DNA of 64,000 nt. Source: Alphaproteobacteria bacterium (GTDB lineage: Bacteria; Pseudomonadota; Alphaproteobacteria; JAAXGF01). Below are positions 11,836 through 23,059 of this stretch, piece after piece (position 1 is the stretch's first letter; every line of letters begins with the position of its first letter). The position numbers and the translations under genes are program-made. The stretch spans positions 2,112,001-2,176,000 of the forward strand of contig CAUVXB020000002.1 of the NCBI GenBank assembly GCA_963555825.3, written 5' to 3'. The notes below the pieces were generated by a model, which had not been told where the DNA came from, did not search any database, and worked only from the letters and a program-made list of their open reading frames with translations.

Positions 11836-12464
11836 GCCCCGCCGCGCCCTTCGGCCGCGAGGACTTCCACCACGCGACCGGTGTTTCACGTGAAACACTC
11901 GACCGCCTCGACGCCTACGTCGCCCTGCTGACCAAGTGGCAGCGGCGCATCAACCTGATCGCGCCGGCCAGCCTCGGCGACGTCTGGCGGCGCCACCTAC
12001 TCGATTCGGCGCAGCTCGCCGAATATCTGCCCGCCGCGCCGGCACGCCTAGTCGATCTGGGCAGCGGCGCGGGGTTTCCCGGCCTCGTGCTGGCGATCAT
12101 CACGGGCCACGACGTCGAACTGATCGAGAGTGACGGCCGTAAATGCGCTTTTCTCACGGCGGCGGCCGCGGAAACCGGCGCAGAGGTCACGATTCACGAG
12201 GCGCGTATCGAATCGATGCCGCAGGGCCCGGCCGACGTCATCACCGCGCGCGCTTGCGCGCCGCTGAGCCGCTTGCTCGGCTATGCCGAACGCTTCAAAG
12301 GGCCCGATACGGTCTGCCTGTTCCAGAAAGGCGCGCGCGTCGATGAGGAATTGACCGAAGCGGCGAAAAGCTGGATGATGGATTTCCGGCGTTATCCCAG
12401 CCAAACCGACCCTCAGGGAACGCTTTTGTCAGTCCGTGACTTCGCCCGTGCCGCCCGCCGCTAG
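11832..12464 (+). CDS. rsmG: 16S rRNA m7G methyltransferase RsmG (GidB)
   Basis: 3' part of ORF 10098..12464: [31 protein letters not shown] start overlapping the mnmG stop is inferred. Confidence 0.93.
   Translation: MSPAAPFGREDFHHATGVSRETLDRLDAYVALLTKWQRRINLIAPASLGDVWRRHLLDSAQLAEYLPAAPARLVDLGSGAGFPGLVLAIITGHDVELIESDGRKCAFLTAAAAETGAEVTIHEARIESMPQGPADVITARACAPLSRLLGYAERFKGPDTVCLFQKGARVDEELTEAAKSWMMDFRRYPSQTDPQGTLLSVRDFARAARR
11882..11897. other. parS site inside the rsmG coding sequence
   Basis: Exact consensus TGTTTCACGTGAAACA, encoding VSRET. Confidence 0.9.
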
Positions 12465-13284
12465 CCCCGCGTTTGATGGCGATCGGCAGCCTGAAGCGCG
12501 CCGACGCCCACGAATCGTGGCGATCGCCAACCAAAAGGGCGGTGTCGGCAAGACGACGACCGCGATCAACCTGGGTACCGCGCTGGCGGCCGCGCATAAA
12601 CGCGTGCTGATCCTCGATATCGACCCCCAGGGCAATGCCAGCACGGGCTTCGGCATCGACGTCGCCGACCGCGTGCCGGGCGCCTACGAAATGATCATGG
12701 GCGAGGCGACGCTCGGCGACGCGACGCGGCCCACCATGGTGCCCGGGCTCTCGATCGTGCCGTCGGTCGTCGATCTGTCGGGCGCCGAAGTCGAATTGGC
12801 CGCGATAACGCGCCGCGAATACCAGCTGCGCGCCGCGCTGGCCGAGCGCGTCGGCGACTACGACTACCTGCTGATCGACTGCCCGCCGGCGCTCGGCCTG
12901 TTGACCGTCAACGCGCTGGTCGCCGCCGACGCCCTGATGATACCGCTGCAGTGCGAATTCTTCGCGCTCGAGGGATTGAGCCTTCTGTTGCGCACCGTGC
13001 AGCGCGTGCACCGCCATCTCAACCCGACGCTCGAGATGCTCGGCGTCGTCCTCACCATGTATGACAAGCGGAACAATTTGTCGGCCCAGGTGGCCCAGGA
13101 CGTGCGCGCCTTCCTGGGCGATAAGGTCTATGAAACCGTGATACCGCGCAATGTCCGGGTGTCCGAGGCGCCGTCCCACGGGCGCCCCGTCCTTTTGTAT
13201 GACATGACGTGCGCCGGCGCGCAGGCGTACATCCATTTGGCCAGCGAGGTGCTGCGCCGCGAAGGCGCCGCGCCCGCGACGTGA
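12436..13284 (+). CDS. parA: Chromosome partitioning ATPase ParA
   Basis: NQKGGVGKTT deviant Walker A, DPQGNAS, DCPP, IPRNVRVSEAPSHG. Confidence 0.97.
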   Translation: MTSPVPPAASPAFDGDRQPEARRRPRIVAIANQKGGVGKTTTAINLGTALAAAHKRVLILDIDPQGNASTGFGIDVADRVPGAYEMIMGEATLGDATRPTMVPGLSIVPSVVDLSGAEVELAAITRREYQLRAALAERVGDYDYLLIDCPPALGLLTVNALVAADALMIPLQCEFFALEGLSLLLRTVQRVHRHLNPTLEMLGVVLTMYDKRNNLSAQVAQDVRAFLGDKVYETVIPRNVRVSEAPSHGRPVLLYDMTCAGAQAYIHLASEVLRREGAAPAT

Positions 13285-13295
13285 AGGAGGCTTCG

Positions 13296-14186
13296 ATGAG
13301 CGATATCTCGGACGACGGCGGCAAGCGCCGCGGTCTCGCCAAGGGTCTCTCGGCGCTGCTCGGCGACGTCGGCACGGCGGTGCTCGACGCGCCCGACGAT
13401 CGCGCGCCGCAATCGGTGCCGGTCGAATATCTGCGTCCGGGGCGCTATCAACCGCGGCGTCGCTTCGACGACGACGATCTCGCGGAACTCGCCGCCTCGA
13501 TACGCGCGGTCGGCGTGTTGCAACCGCTCGTCGTGCGGCGCGACGCCGCCGCGCCGGGGAATTACGAAATCGTCACCGGCGAGCGGCGCTGGCGCGCCGC
13601 ACAGCGCGCGAAACTCCACGACGTGCCGGTCATCGTGCGCGATTTCTCGGATCGCGAGGCGCTCGAGGCGGCGATGATCGAGAACGTCCAGCGCGAGAAT
13701 TTGACCGCGCTCGAGGAGGCCGAGGGTTACCAGCGCCTGGCCGAGGAGTTTTCGCACACTCAGGACGCCCTGGCGCGCGCCGTCGGCAAGAGCCGCAGTC
13801 ACGTCGCCAACACGGTGCGGCTCTTGGGCCTGCCCGACGCGGTCAAGGCGATGCTCGACGACGGCCGGCTCAGCGCCGGCCACGGCCGCGCGCTGCTCGG
13901 TGCACCCGACCCGGCGGCTTTGGCGGTGGAAGTCGCGTCCAAGGGGCTCAACGTGCGCCAGACCGAACGCCTGGTGCGCCGCGCCGCAAAGGGACCGCGC
14001 CAACGCCGGGCGTCGGTCGATGCCGACGACCCCAACACCCGTGCGCTCGAGCGCAGCCTGTCGGACCGCCTGGGCCTCGCGGTCACCATCAAGCACCGCG
14101 ACCCGGGCGGCAGCGTCGAAATCCGGTACAAATCCCTGGAACAGCTCGACGACGTCATCCGCCGCCTCGGCGGCGCGTCAATCTGA
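13296..14186 (+). CDS. parB: Chromosome partitioning protein ParB
   Basis: AGGAGG RBS before ATG 13296; QPRRRF, GERRWRAA, ENVQRENL, HTH GKSRSHVAN. Confidence 0.97.
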   Translation: MSDISDDGGKRRGLAKGLSALLGDVGTAVLDAPDDRAPQSVPVEYLRPGRYQPRRRFDDDDLAELAASIRAVGVLQPLVVRRDAAAPGNYEIVTGERRWRAAQRAKLHDVPVIVRDFSDREALEAAMIENVQRENLTALEEAEGYQRLAEEFSHTQDALARAVGKSRSHVANTVRLLGLPDAVKAMLDDGRLSAGHGRALLGAPDPAALAVEVASKGLNVRQTERLVRRAAKGPRQRRASVDADDPNTRALERSLSDRLGLAVTIKHRDPGGSVEIRYKSLEQLDDVIRRLGGASI

Positions 14187-14244
14187 ATTGAGGCCGGTCT
14201 ATCGCCATTGCATGAGTCGATCGACCCGAATCGATCGGATTATG

Positions 14245-14386
14245 CCAGCCTGCGCCAATCTAATTGGGACAAGAGGGAGGCCGCCGACCGTTCGGCCAGT
14301 CTTGAATCCATAGCCAGTCTTGATTCCACAAGGGTGTCATGCGCGGCGATTGAGCGCAGGTCGGCTTTGCGAGGCAAAGGTGACCG
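14245..14386 (+). repeat. Dispersed intergenic structured repeat, copy 2
   Basis: GGCCGCCGACCGTTCGGCCA...CATGCGCGGCGATTGAGCGCAGGTC-hairpin-GACCG between convergent parB and holA. Confidence 0.78.
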
Positions 14387-14393
14387 AAAAAAA

Positions 14394-15413
14394 CTATCTT
14401 GCGGCGGCGCGCGCGACCCGCATCAGGGCGCGGGAACAGACCGCTTCGGCCGGATTTCCCGTCGTCTTGCACTCGATTTCGGCTTCCAGCGTAATCGCCA
14501 TCGCCGTTGCGAGCCGCCGTGCCGGCCAGCGGCCGATCTGGCGGCGCATGGCTTCGGCGACGCGGAAATGGACCGGCGGCCGGATCGATTTGATCGCCGC
14601 GTCGGCGCCCTGCCCGCCGGCGACCCGCCCGGCGACCCGGTGCAGGCGCTGCAGATGCCGCGCCATGGCGCGCAGCACGGCGATTGGCGCGGCGCCGTCG
14701 AGGTAGGCACGTGCCAAATCGCGTTCGAGGCGCGCCAGGTCGCCGCCCGCCGCGGCCAGCGCGACGCCATCGAGGGTAACCTGGCCGCTGTCGCCGACGG
14801 CGGCCTCGACATGCGCTTCCGTGATGTGCCGCTCGTCGCCCATATAGGTCACCAGCTTGTCGAGTTCGGCGCGGGTCGCCGCCCGGTCGTTGCCCAGGCT
14901 GGCGCCGAGGTAGTCGCGCGCGCCGGGTGCGATGGTGAAGCCGCCGGCGGCCAGTGCCTCCTCGACGACGCGCTCCAGGTCGCGCCCCTCGTCGGCATAG
15001 CAGGGCAGCGCTGCGGCGTTGTCGGCGTCCTCGAAAAGGCGCCTGAGGCGCGAGCGCGGGCGCAGCTCGCCGGCCTCGACGACGACCAAAGCCTCACCCA
15101 TGGGTGTGTCTAAAAATCGTTTAAAAACATCGGTTTCCGGGTCACCAGCCGCGCGCAGGCGGACCACCCGGCGGCCGCCGGTGAAGGACAACTCGGCGGC
15201 CTCATCGACAAGCCGCGCCGGATCCTCCTTTAGCATTGCCGGCTCGAGCTCGGTGACACGGAACGGGTCGTCGAGCTGTTCGACGACATGGCGCGCCAGC
15301 GCGTCGGCGCGCTCGCGCACGAGGCCCGCGTTCGGGCCGTAGAGCAGGATCGCGCGCGCCGCCGGGTCGGGCTGGCGGATGAAACCGTCGATCCGTGCGC
15401 CAGACAGCTTCAC
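14394..15413 (-). CDS. holA: DNA polymerase III delta subunit
   Basis: GTG start (VKLSG); LLYGPNAGLVRER, ELDKL, PPVHF; follows lptE. Confidence 0.92.
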   Translation of the reverse strand: MKLSGARIDGFIRQPDPAARAILLYGPNAGLVRERADALARHVVEQLDDPFRVTELEPAMLKEDPARLVDEAAELSFTGGRRVVRLRAAGDPETDVFKRFLDTPMGEALVVVEAGELRPRSRLRRLFEDADNAAALPCYADEGRDLERVVEEALAAGGFTIAPGARDYLGASLGNDRAATRAELDKLVTYMGDERHITEAHVEAAVGDSGQVTLDGVALAAAGGDLARLERDLARAYLDGAAPIAVLRAMARHLQRLHRVAGRVAGGQGADAAIKSIRPPVHFRVAEAMRRQIGRWPARRLATAMAITLEAEIECKTTGNPAEAVCSRALMRVARAAAR

Positions 15414-15426
15414 GCCCGTCGCCGCC

Positions 15427-15942
15427 TCAACTCGCCGTGCGTCTGCGCGTGAAAAAGACGCCGAGCAACGTGACGATCTCCTGGGCGGTGGCGCGCGCGA
15501 CGCGGTCGGTCGTGCCGTCGCGCGCCGCAAGCGTCGCGAATTCCGAGTTGACCGCGTTGTAGCCGCCGACCGCGCGCGTCTTGTCGCGGTAGATCACCTT
15601 GCCGCTGGCGATTTCGAGGAGCCAAACCTCGACGGTCAGGCGGAGGCTGAAACGCGTGATCGAATCGTCGTCCTGGATCGCCAGCTGGACCTCGGTGAGC
15701 CGTGTCGTGTAGCTCAGCCTGTAGCGCACAACACTGGGCTCGCCGCGCGGCGACATGCGTTCGATGATTTCGTTGCGCACCAGCTGGCCGAGGCGATCGC
15801 GCGGCGGATCGACGCGGATGGTGCCCATCTCGGCCCGGGTAGCGCGGCCCGGGCCGCCGTACATCGGTTGAAAACCGCAGCCGGCGAGCGTCGTGGCGGG
15901 CAACAGCGCCAAGCCCAGCGCCTGTCGCCTAGACCACGACAT
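15427..15942 (-). CDS. lptE: LPS assembly lipoprotein LptE
   Basis: Lipobox LAGC followed by GFQPMYG; leuS-lptE-holA order. Confidence 0.85.
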   Translation of the reverse strand: MSWSRRQALGLALLPATTLAGCGFQPMYGGPGRATRAEMGTIRVDPPRDRLGQLVRNEIIERMSPRGEPSVVRYRLSYTTRLTEVQLAIQDDDSITRFSLRLTVEVWLLEIASGKVIYRDKTRAVGGYNAVNSEFATLAARDGTTDRVARATAQEIVTLLGVFFTRRRTAS

Positions 15943-18493
15943 TGACGATGCGGTTGGCTACGACGATGACGCGGCGCACCGGTTTATCGCCGATGGCACG
16001 GGCCACGCCTGAATCGGCGAGTGCGGCCGCCTCGGCCGCCGTGTCGTCGATATCGCGGTCGAGTTCGAGCGTCGCGCGCAGCTTGCCGTTGACCTGGACC
16101 GCGACGGTCACCGTGTCTTCGACCAGCAACGCCGGCTCGGCGACCGGCCAGGGCGTGTCGGCGAGCAGCGTCTCGTGGCCCAGCGCGCGCCACATCTGCT
16201 CGGCGATATGTGGCGTCATCGGGCCGATCAGGCGAACCACCGATTCGATCCCCTCGCGCAGCACCCAGGCGACGTCGGCGCCCGCTTCCTCGATCGCCGC
16301 CAGCGTGTTGGTCAACTCGCGCACGCGCGCGACGGCCCGGTTGAAGCGGAACTTGTCGAGGTCGTCGGTCGTCGCGGCGATCGTCTTGTGGATCGCGCGC
16401 CGCGTGCGCTCGGCGGTCGCGCCGAGCCGATGGGGCAGCGCGGCGCCCGGCGCGGCAATCTCCTGCGCCGGTTCGTCGACCATGCGCCATAGGCGGTTGA
16501 GATAGCGCCAGGCGCCCTCGGCGCCGGCGTCGGTCCATTCGAGGTCGCGCTCGGGCGGGCTGTCAGACAGCATGAACAGACGCGCCGTGTCGGCGCCGTA
16601 GGCATCCACGATCGCATCGAGTCCGATCACGTTCTTGCGCGATTTGCTCATCTTCTCCGAGCGGCCGACGGTGACCGGCGCGCCGCTTTCTACGGTCACG
16701 AACGACGATTCGTCGATGCGCCGCACTTCTGCCGGGAAGAGCCAGTTGCCGGCCGTGTCACGGTAGGTCTCGTGGCACACCATGCCCTGGGTCATAAGGC
16801 CCGCGAAGGGCTCGTCGAAATCGAGGTAACCGCAGCGGCGAAGCGCGCGTGTGAAGAAACGTGAGTACAGGAGATGCAGGATGGCGTGCTCGATGCCGCC
16901 GATGTACTGGTCGACCGGCAGCCAATAGGCGACCGCGGCCGCATCGAGCGGATCGTCCGAGTTGGCGCAGGCGAAGCGGGCGAAATACCACGACGATTCG
17001 AAGAAGGTGTCGAAGGTGTCGGTGTCGCGCTGGGCCGTGCCGCCGCAGTTTGGGCAGTCGACGTGGCGCCACGTCGGGTGGCGGTCGAGCGGATTGCCCG
17101 GCGTCTCGAGGTCGACGTCCTCGGGCAGCGTCACCGGCAGCTGGTCCGCGGGCACCGGCACAATGCCGCAGGTATTGCAGTGGATCACTGGGATCGGGCA
17201 GCCCCAGTAGCGCTGGCGCGAGACGCCCCAGTCACGCAGCCGGTAGGTGATCGTGCGTGCGCCATTGCCGGCCGCTGCCATGCGCCGGGCAATTTCTTCC
17301 TTGGCGTCGGCGACGGTCAGGCCGTCGATAAACCCTGAGTTGATCATCTTGCCGTCGCCCGTATAGGCTTGGTCGCGCGCCACCATCGCCGCGGTGTCGA
17401 TGTCGGCACCCGCGACCACTGGGAACACCGGCAGGCCGTACTTGCGCGAGAAGTCGAGATCGCGCTGGTCGTGGCCCGGGCAGCCGAAGATCGCGCCGGT
17501 GCCGTATTCCATGAGCACGAAGTTGGCGACGAAGACCGGCAGCGTGGCGCCCTCGATGAACGGGTGGCGCACCGCGAGGCCGGTGTCGTGACCCCGCTTC
17601 TCGGCGCGCTCGATCGCCTCCTCGCTGGTGCCCATGCTGTTGCACTCGACGATGAACGCGGCCAGCGCCGGGTCATCGCCCGCGAGTTCCTCGGCCAGCG
17701 GGTGGTTCGGCGAAACCGCGCAGAACGTGGCGCCGAAAATCGTATCGTGGCGCGTCGTGAAGACTTCGAGCCGGGCGTCGCGGCCGACCATCTCGAAGAA
17801 CATGCGCAGGCCTTCCGAGCGGCCGATCCAGCGCTCCTGCATCAGACGCACGCGATCGGGCCAGCGCGTCAAACCGTCGAGCGCCTCCAGGAGTTCGTCG
17901 GCGAAATCCGTGATGCGCAGCATCCACTGGGCGCGTTTGCGCTTTTCGACGACCGCGCCCGAGCGCCAACCGCGGCCGTCGATGACTTGCTCGTTGGCCA
18001 GCACGGTTCGGTCGACCGGATCCCAGTTGACCCAGGATTCCTTGCGATAGGCGAGCCCCTCGGCGAGGAAGTCGAGGAACATCTTCTGCTCGTGTCGGTA
18101 GTAAGATACATCACACGTGGTCAGCTCGCGCGACCAGTCGTAGCTCAGCCCCATCGACTGCATCTCGTGCTTCATCACGCCGACGTTCTGCCGCGTCCAC
18201 GCCGCCGGGTGCACCTTGTTCTCGATCGCCGCGTTCTCGGCCGGCAAGCCGAAGGCGTCCCAGCCCATCGGGTGCAGCACGTTGAAGCCCCGCGCGCGCA
18301 TGTAACGGGCGACCACGTCGCCGAGCGTATAATTGCGCACGTGGCCGACGTGGATGCGGCCCGACGGATAGGGGAACATTTCAAGAACATAATAGGGTTC
18401 GCGGTCGGCGTCCTCGGTGACGCGGAAGGTGCCGCGCTCCTCCCAGGTGCGCTGCCATTCGACTTCGACCTGTTTCGCGTTGTAGCGCGCCAT
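15929..18493 (-). CDS. leuS: Leucine--tRNA ligase
   Basis: MFPYPSG.IHVGH (HIGH motif), [18 protein letters not shown]. Confidence 0.98.
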   Translation of the reverse strand: MARYNAKQVEVEWQRTWEERGTFRVTEDADREPYYVLEMFPYPSGRIHVGHVRNYTLGDVVARYMRARGFNVLHPMGWDAFGLPAENAAIENKVHPAAWTRQNVGVMKHEMQSMGLSYDWSRELTTCDVSYYRHEQKMFLDFLAEGLAYRKESWVNWDPVDRTVLANEQVIDGRGWRSGAVVEKRKRAQWMLRITDFADELLEALDGLTRWPDRVRLMQERWIGRSEGLRMFFEMVGRDARLEVFTTRHDTIFGATFCAVSPNHPLAEELAGDDPALAAFIVECNSMGTSEEAIERAEKRGHDTGLAVRHPFIEGATLPVFVANFVLMEYGTGAIFGCPGHDQRDLDFSRKYGLPVFPVVAGADIDTAAMVARDQAYTGDGKMINSGFIDGLTVADAKEEIARRMAAAGNGARTITYRLRDWGVSRQRYWGCPIPVIHCNTCGIVPVPADQLPVTLPEDVDLETPGNPLDRHPTWRHVDCPNCGGTAQRDTDTFDTFFESSWYFARFACANSDDPLDAAAVAYWLPVDQYIGGIEHAILHLLYSRFFTRALRRCGYLDFDEPFAGLMTQGMVCHETYRDTAGNWLFPAEVRRIDESSFVTVESGAPVTVGRSEKMSKSRKNVIGLDAIVDAYGADTARLFMLSDSPPERDLEWTDAGAEGAWRYLNRLWRMVDEPAQEIAAPGAALPHRLGATAERTRRAIHKTIAATTDDLDKFRFNRAVARVRELTNTLAAIEEAGADVAWVLREGIESVVRLIGPMTPHIAEQMWRALGHETLLADTPWPVAEPALLVEDTVTVAVQVNGKLRATLELDRDIDDTAAEAAALADSGVARAIGDKPVRRVIVVANRIVNVVV

Positions 18494-18546
18494 TCTCTAC
18501 GCCGTGCTCGTCCGGAGCTGTTGAAAGCTGCCCGGCGACGCCTGAA

Positions 18547-18809
18547 ATACCAAGGAGCAGTGATAAAGACCCATAGAGACGGCTTGCCGTGGTTTTCGGC
18601 TAGGCGCGCCCGTCGCGGCGATGCAGCGCATCGCAAGGCGGGCGCAACGACGTCCGAGAGCCTCGGCAAGCCGCCCTTCGGGTCGCGGCCGCTTATCGCC
18701 GGAGGGCGCCAGGTTGCCTAGCCGATGCGCTGCATCGCCTGCGGCTCCCTTCCTACCCGGCGAAAAGCGGACGCGATCTCTATGGGCCTTTATCACTGTT
18801 CCTTGGTAT
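18547..18809. repeat. ~263-bp palindromic MITE-like element
   Basis: 33-bp terminal inverted repeat ATACCAAGG[A/G..]CAGTGATAAAG.CCCATAGAGA with 2 mismatches, plus an inner inverted repeat GGCGATGCAGCGCATCG. Confidence 0.7.
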
Positions 18810-18888
18810 ATGGCGTGACCGGGCGGGACGTGAATCCTAGCATGGCTCGCACCGCCTTTCCAGCGGTCACGCGGCCCGGCGACCATGC

Positions 18889-21000
18889 TCATGACGCTTC
18901 GGCGAGCGCGTCCTTGAGCGGGCCCAGATGGTGCTCGTAATGACGCCAGCGCCCGACCGAGCGATTGTAGATCGGCTGGCGCACCTGATCGTAGCTCGCC
19001 GTGTTGACGACCCGCCCCGATTCGTGAAAGCGCAAGCATTGCGGGTCCCACTCGAGGCCGATGAAATCGATCAACTCGCGGCTCTTGCCTTCCAGGTCGG
19101 CGACCAAATCCTCGTAGACGATATCCATGATCGGCAGACCCAGCACCACGCGCCAGTGGTCCATCAAGCGCCGATAATCGTTGAAATAGGCGCCCAGGTG
19201 GCCGAGATCGTTGGACTGCAGGTTGCCGCGCGTGAAGTTCTGCATATAGTTGGACAGGCAGGTGTCGAGCGGGTCACGCACGCAATGGACGATCCGCGCG
19301 CCGGCGAAAAGCTGATTGATGAAGCCGAGACGCAGGAAGTTGTTCGGCATCTTGTCGGTCACGCGCGCCGCGTCACCGCCCAGCGCGTTGAGCCTGACGA
19401 GTTGGTTGCCCGCGATCCTATCGAGATCGGCCTCGCCGAGCTCGCCGAGGCATTCGGGAAGCCGGTCATTCTTGCCCAGGCCGCCGGCGTGGTGACGCGC
19501 CGCGGCGCCGATATGCTCGAGCTCACCGCCGCCGAACACCTGTCCATGACTGGCGATGATCTGTTCGGTCAGCGTCGTGCCCGAGCGCGGCATGCCGATG
19601 ATGAACACGGGCAGCGCCGCGCGATTCGAGGCGCGCGGCATGCCGGCGATTCGCTCGGCGTCGTAGAACGCGATCGTGCGGTCGACGAGGTCGGTGAATT
19701 TTACTGGCTGGTAGCCGGGCCTGTTCAGTGCGTTGCCCTCGGCGAAATGGCTAAACGCCTCGTCGAAGGCGTCGTCCGCGTCATAGAGCTTGCCGAGCGT
19801 GAAGTGCAGCAGCTGGCGCTGCGCGCTGGTCAGATTGCCGTCCGTGAGCATACGTTCGATCAATTCGGCGGCCTCGTCCCGTCTGTCGAAGCGTCGTGCC
19901 ATGCGGCCGAACAGCGCCGCGATCGCGGCATTCGGCTGTCCCGCGTCGATCAGCGGTCGGACGATCTCGTAGCAGCCGTCGATGTCGCCCTTGAGCTCGA
20001 GAATCCAAGCCTTGCCGGCATGCGCCGTTGGCGAGTCCGGATCGCGCCGCATCATGTCGTCGTAATGCGCCAGCGCGCCATCGGTGTCGCCGCGATCGAT
20101 CAGCACCTCGCCGAGGCCGACCAGCGCGTTCGTATGATCTGGCGTGCAGCGCAGCGCCTCGCGGTATTCGCGCTCGGCGTCGGCCGAGTAACCGACCCTG
20201 CGATAGATATTCGCCAAGCCATTGTGCGCCGCGGCGTAATCCGCGTTGGCCTCGATCGCGGCATCGAAGCTCGCAATCGCGTCGTCGAGCCGACCCAGCC
20301 CCAAGAGGGTGATGCCCAGGTTGTTGTGCGCCTCGGCGTGGCCCGGCGCCAGGCGCAGCGCCTTGCGGAACGAACCCTCGGCCTCGGCGTAGGCCTCGCG
20401 CACGAGATGGCTGTTGCCCAGGTTGTTGTGCGCGTCGGCGAAGTTGGGCATCAGGCTCAGCGCCCGGCGGGCGCTGGCCTCGCCCTCCTCGACCCGCTCG
20501 AGGCCCAGCAACACGGTGGCGAGGTTGTTGTGCACGCGCGGACCCCCGGGCGCCCTCCCGACCGCACGACGGCAGTACCGCTCCGCCTCGTCGAGCCGGC
20601 CGAGCGCGAGCAAAGCGCCACCCATGCCCTTGAGCGCCTCGATGTGGGTCGGCTCGAGCTCAAGCGTGCGCTTGAAGCTGTTGCCGGCCTCGTCCGGCTT
20701 CTTGGCCGCCTGATAGGCGAGGCCCAGATTGTAGTGATAGACCGGATTGCGGCGGTTGACGGCAATCGCGCGTGTCAGATAATCGATCGCGGCGTCCGGG
20801 GTGCCGCGCTGGCCGGCCAGCACGCCGAGAAATTGGAGCGCGTCCGGTTGCTCCGGATGTGTGGCGAGAATTTCGTTGTAAAGCCTCTCGGCGTCGTCGA
20901 AGCGGCCGGCGCGATGATGGTCGATCGCCGCCTGGAGATTGCGCGCGAGCGGGCTCTTGATGGCCGGCCCGGCGCCGCCCGTCGGTTGCCCGTTCGTCAT
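18889..21000 (-). CDS. TPR-repeat protein with C-terminal sulfotransferase domain
   Basis: Many TPRs (AHNNLG); FIIGMPRSGTTLTEQI PAPS-binding motif; DKMPNNF, RDPLDTC, TASYDQVRQPIY. Confidence 0.92.
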   Translation of the reverse strand: MTNGQPTGGAGPAIKSPLARNLQAAIDHHRAGRFDDAERLYNEILATHPEQPDALQFLGVLAGQRGTPDAAIDYLTRAIAVNRRNPVYHYNLGLAYQAAKKPDEAGNSFKRTLELEPTHIEALKGMGGALLALGRLDEAERYCRRAVGRAPGGPRVHNNLATVLLGLERVEEGEASARRALSLMPNFADAHNNLGNSHLVREAYAEAEGSFRKALRLAPGHAEAHNNLGITLLGLGRLDDAIASFDAAIEANADYAAAHNGLANIYRRVGYSADAEREYREALRCTPDHTNALVGLGEVLIDRGDTDGALAHYDDMMRRDPDSPTAHAGKAWILELKGDIDGCYEIVRPLIDAGQPNAAIAALFGRMARRFDRRDEAAELIERMLTDGNLTSAQRQLLHFTLGKLYDADDAFDEAFSHFAEGNALNRPGYQPVKFTDLVDRTIAFYDAERIAGMPRASNRAALPVFIIGMPRSGTTLTEQIIASHGQVFGGGELEHIGAAARHHAGGLGKNDRLPECLGELGEADLDRIAGNQLVRLNALGGDAARVTDKMPNNFLRLGFINQLFAGARIVHCVRDPLDTCLSNYMQNFTRGNLQSNDLGHLGAYFNDYRRLMDHWRVVLGLPIMDIVYEDLVADLEGKSRELIDFIGLEWDPQCLRFHESGRVVNTASYDQVRQPIYNRSVGRWRHYEHHLGPLKDALAEAS

Positions 21001-21064
21001 CGCCGGGCGCCCGGCGCGGCGCGGCGGCTTGCGTCTTCGTGGTCGAGGATCAACGGGCGGGTGT

Positions 21065-21622
21065 CTACTGGGCGATACCGGCGATGCGCATCTGGCGCGC
21101 GCGGGTGAGGATCGCATTCTCGAGTTGGCTTGCCGTCGAGGCGCTGACCGGGCCGTCGACCCAGTTGCCGGTGGTGTCGCGCAGCTGGCGGAACACGGCG
21201 ACCTTCAGCCCGTCGGCGCGCAATTCGCGGCTCAGGATATAAACCGTCATCTTGAACCGTTCGCCGCTGCTTTCGGGCGGCATGAACCAGTCCGTGATGA
21301 CGACGCCGCCGAAGGGATCTGCTGACGACAGCGGCATGAACGAAACGGTGTCCAGCGTGGCGCGCCAAAGATAGACATTCACAGGTATGGGTACCGCCAG
21401 GCCTTGCTGCTGCTTATTCTTGCCGCCAAACAGCGGTAATCCGCCCGGGCCGAATATACTTCCCTGTTCATCGCGTTCATCGCCATACTGAGGGTGTTTC
21501 CCAAATGTTTCCGGGTAGTCGTATTCCATTCGGTCGTCGGAGCATCCAATAATTCCGATCGCGAGCGCCGACACCGCGACGGTGGTGCGGATCCGAGCCA
21601 TTGTGCGATTGACCATCATCGT
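21065..21622 (-). CDS. DUF3576-type lipoprotein
   Basis: Lipobox-like IIGC; VNVYLWRATLDTVSFMPLSSADPFGGVVITDW; LENAILTRARQMR. Start uncertain. Confidence 0.85.
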   Translation of the reverse strand, partial: TMMVNRTMARIRTTVAVSALAIGIIGCSDDRMEYDYPETFGKHPQYGDERDEQGSIFGPGGLPLFGGKNKQQQGLAVPIPVNVYLWRATLDTVSFMPLSSADPFGGVVITDWFMPPESSGERFKMTVYILSRELRADGLKVAVFRQLRDTTGNWVDGPVSASTASQLENAILTRARQMRIAGIAQ

Positions 21623-21952
21623 CATTTTCTTGACACTAACCCCGTTGTCGAACACCACAATGAGACAATCTTGTGATCGGTGCCCCGATTGTGCAATAGC
21701 TTATGTCGAGCAATCCCTATATATTCCTGAAATTCCTCAGCGATTCTTTCGTCGATCACATCGATGTTGTTGTAATAATGCAACAGATCGACACAAATTA
21801 CACAGAGTGGAGTTCGGCGACATTGACTCCACCACCATGGTGTGTCCTTGTTCGGCATGACTTTGTGCAACTCAGCTTACCGCTTCCCCGTGGGGACCTT
21901 TAGGACAGACAGGGAGCGTGTGGGGGCTGGCTTTGTTGAAGGGACTTGAGGA

Positions 21953-23059
21953 ATGAGAAAACGATTACTAGGTACGACAACGCTGGCGACCCTGGGCATT
22001 CTCGCCTATGGGGTCACGGGCGGGGAGGCCAACGCCGCAGAGCCCATTTCGATTGAGGTGGGCGGATTTTTCGGGTCGGTGATGACTGCGAGGGATCAAA
22101 GCGACCACGCTGGTCTTCGCGAGTTTGACGTCGACACCAGCGGAGAGATTCAGTTCAAGGGATCGACGACTCTCGACAACGGTCTGACCGTTGGTGTGCG
22201 GATCGAGTATGAGGCGCACAACCAGGGCGGTGGCGGGTCGATCGTCGACGAGCGCTACCTGACTCTCGACGGCGGCTTCGGACAACTTAAGTTGGGCTCG
22301 GACGACAACGCCGCGTATTCGATGCATTACCAGGCGCCGGTGGCCGCTTGGCAGGTGGGCCTCAACAGCCCGAGCTACGCCGGTTTGTCGGGTGCTGGCA
22401 ACGGCGCGACGTCGTACCTTTCGACGTATCCGGGGGCCGGAAGTGACGGCAACAAGATCATTTACTTCTCGCCACGGGTTGGCGGCATCCAGCTTGGCGC
22501 GTCATATCAGCCCGACGCTTCCTCTACTGAAGGGCCGTCCTTCCACGGCACGTCCAATGCCGAGGCAGGCCAACAGTCCGACATCTGGACTATCGGTGGC
22601 AACTACAAAGGATCGTTCGATGACGTCGGCGTATCCGCGAGCTTGGGCTACACGCACAGTGAGCCGGAGGCAGCTATGGCCATGGTTGACGATAGAGAAG
22701 CCTGGGCCGCTGGCTTGAAGTTCGCATGGGATGATTTCGCCATCGGCGCTGCTTACAAAATCGACAATAAGGGCGTTGGTGGTGACGGCATGTCCAAGGA
22801 CGCAACCGTCCTTGACCTCGGGTTCACTTATACAACGGGACCATGGGTGCTCGGTTTTAACTACGGACACTCAGAGCAAGAGGTACCTGCGAATACCGGT
22901 GACGATGAACTCGACGGTTTTGCCTTGACCGCGAATTATTCCATGGGTCAGGGGATTAACCTGATCGCTGCGCTCAAGTATTACGATTACGACAGCAGCG
23001 TCCGAACCGCTACGCCAGAAGGCGGCGTAATCGCACTTGGTATGGTGGTCGGTTTCTAA
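21953..23059 (+). CDS. Outer-membrane porin (alphaproteobacterial)
   Basis: Signal peptide MRKRLLGTT..ANA; EIQFKGSTTLDNGLTVG; KIIYFSPR; C-terminal Phe. Confidence 0.9.
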   Translation: MRKRLLGTTTLATLGILAYGVTGGEANAAEPISIEVGGFFGSVMTARDQSDHAGLREFDVDTSGEIQFKGSTTLDNGLTVGVRIEYEAHNQGGGGSIVDERYLTLDGGFGQLKLGSDDNAAYSMHYQAPVAAWQVGLNSPSYAGLSGAGNGATSYLSTYPGAGSDGNKIIYFSPRVGGIQLGASYQPDASSTEGPSFHGTSNAEAGQQSDIWTIGGNYKGSFDDVGVSASLGYTHSEPEAAMAMVDDREAWAAGLKFAWDDFAIGAAYKIDNKGVGGDGMSKDATVLDLGFTYTTGPWVLGFNYGHSEQEVPANTGDDELDGFALTANYSMGQGINLIAALKYYDYDSSVRTATPEGGVIALGMVVGF

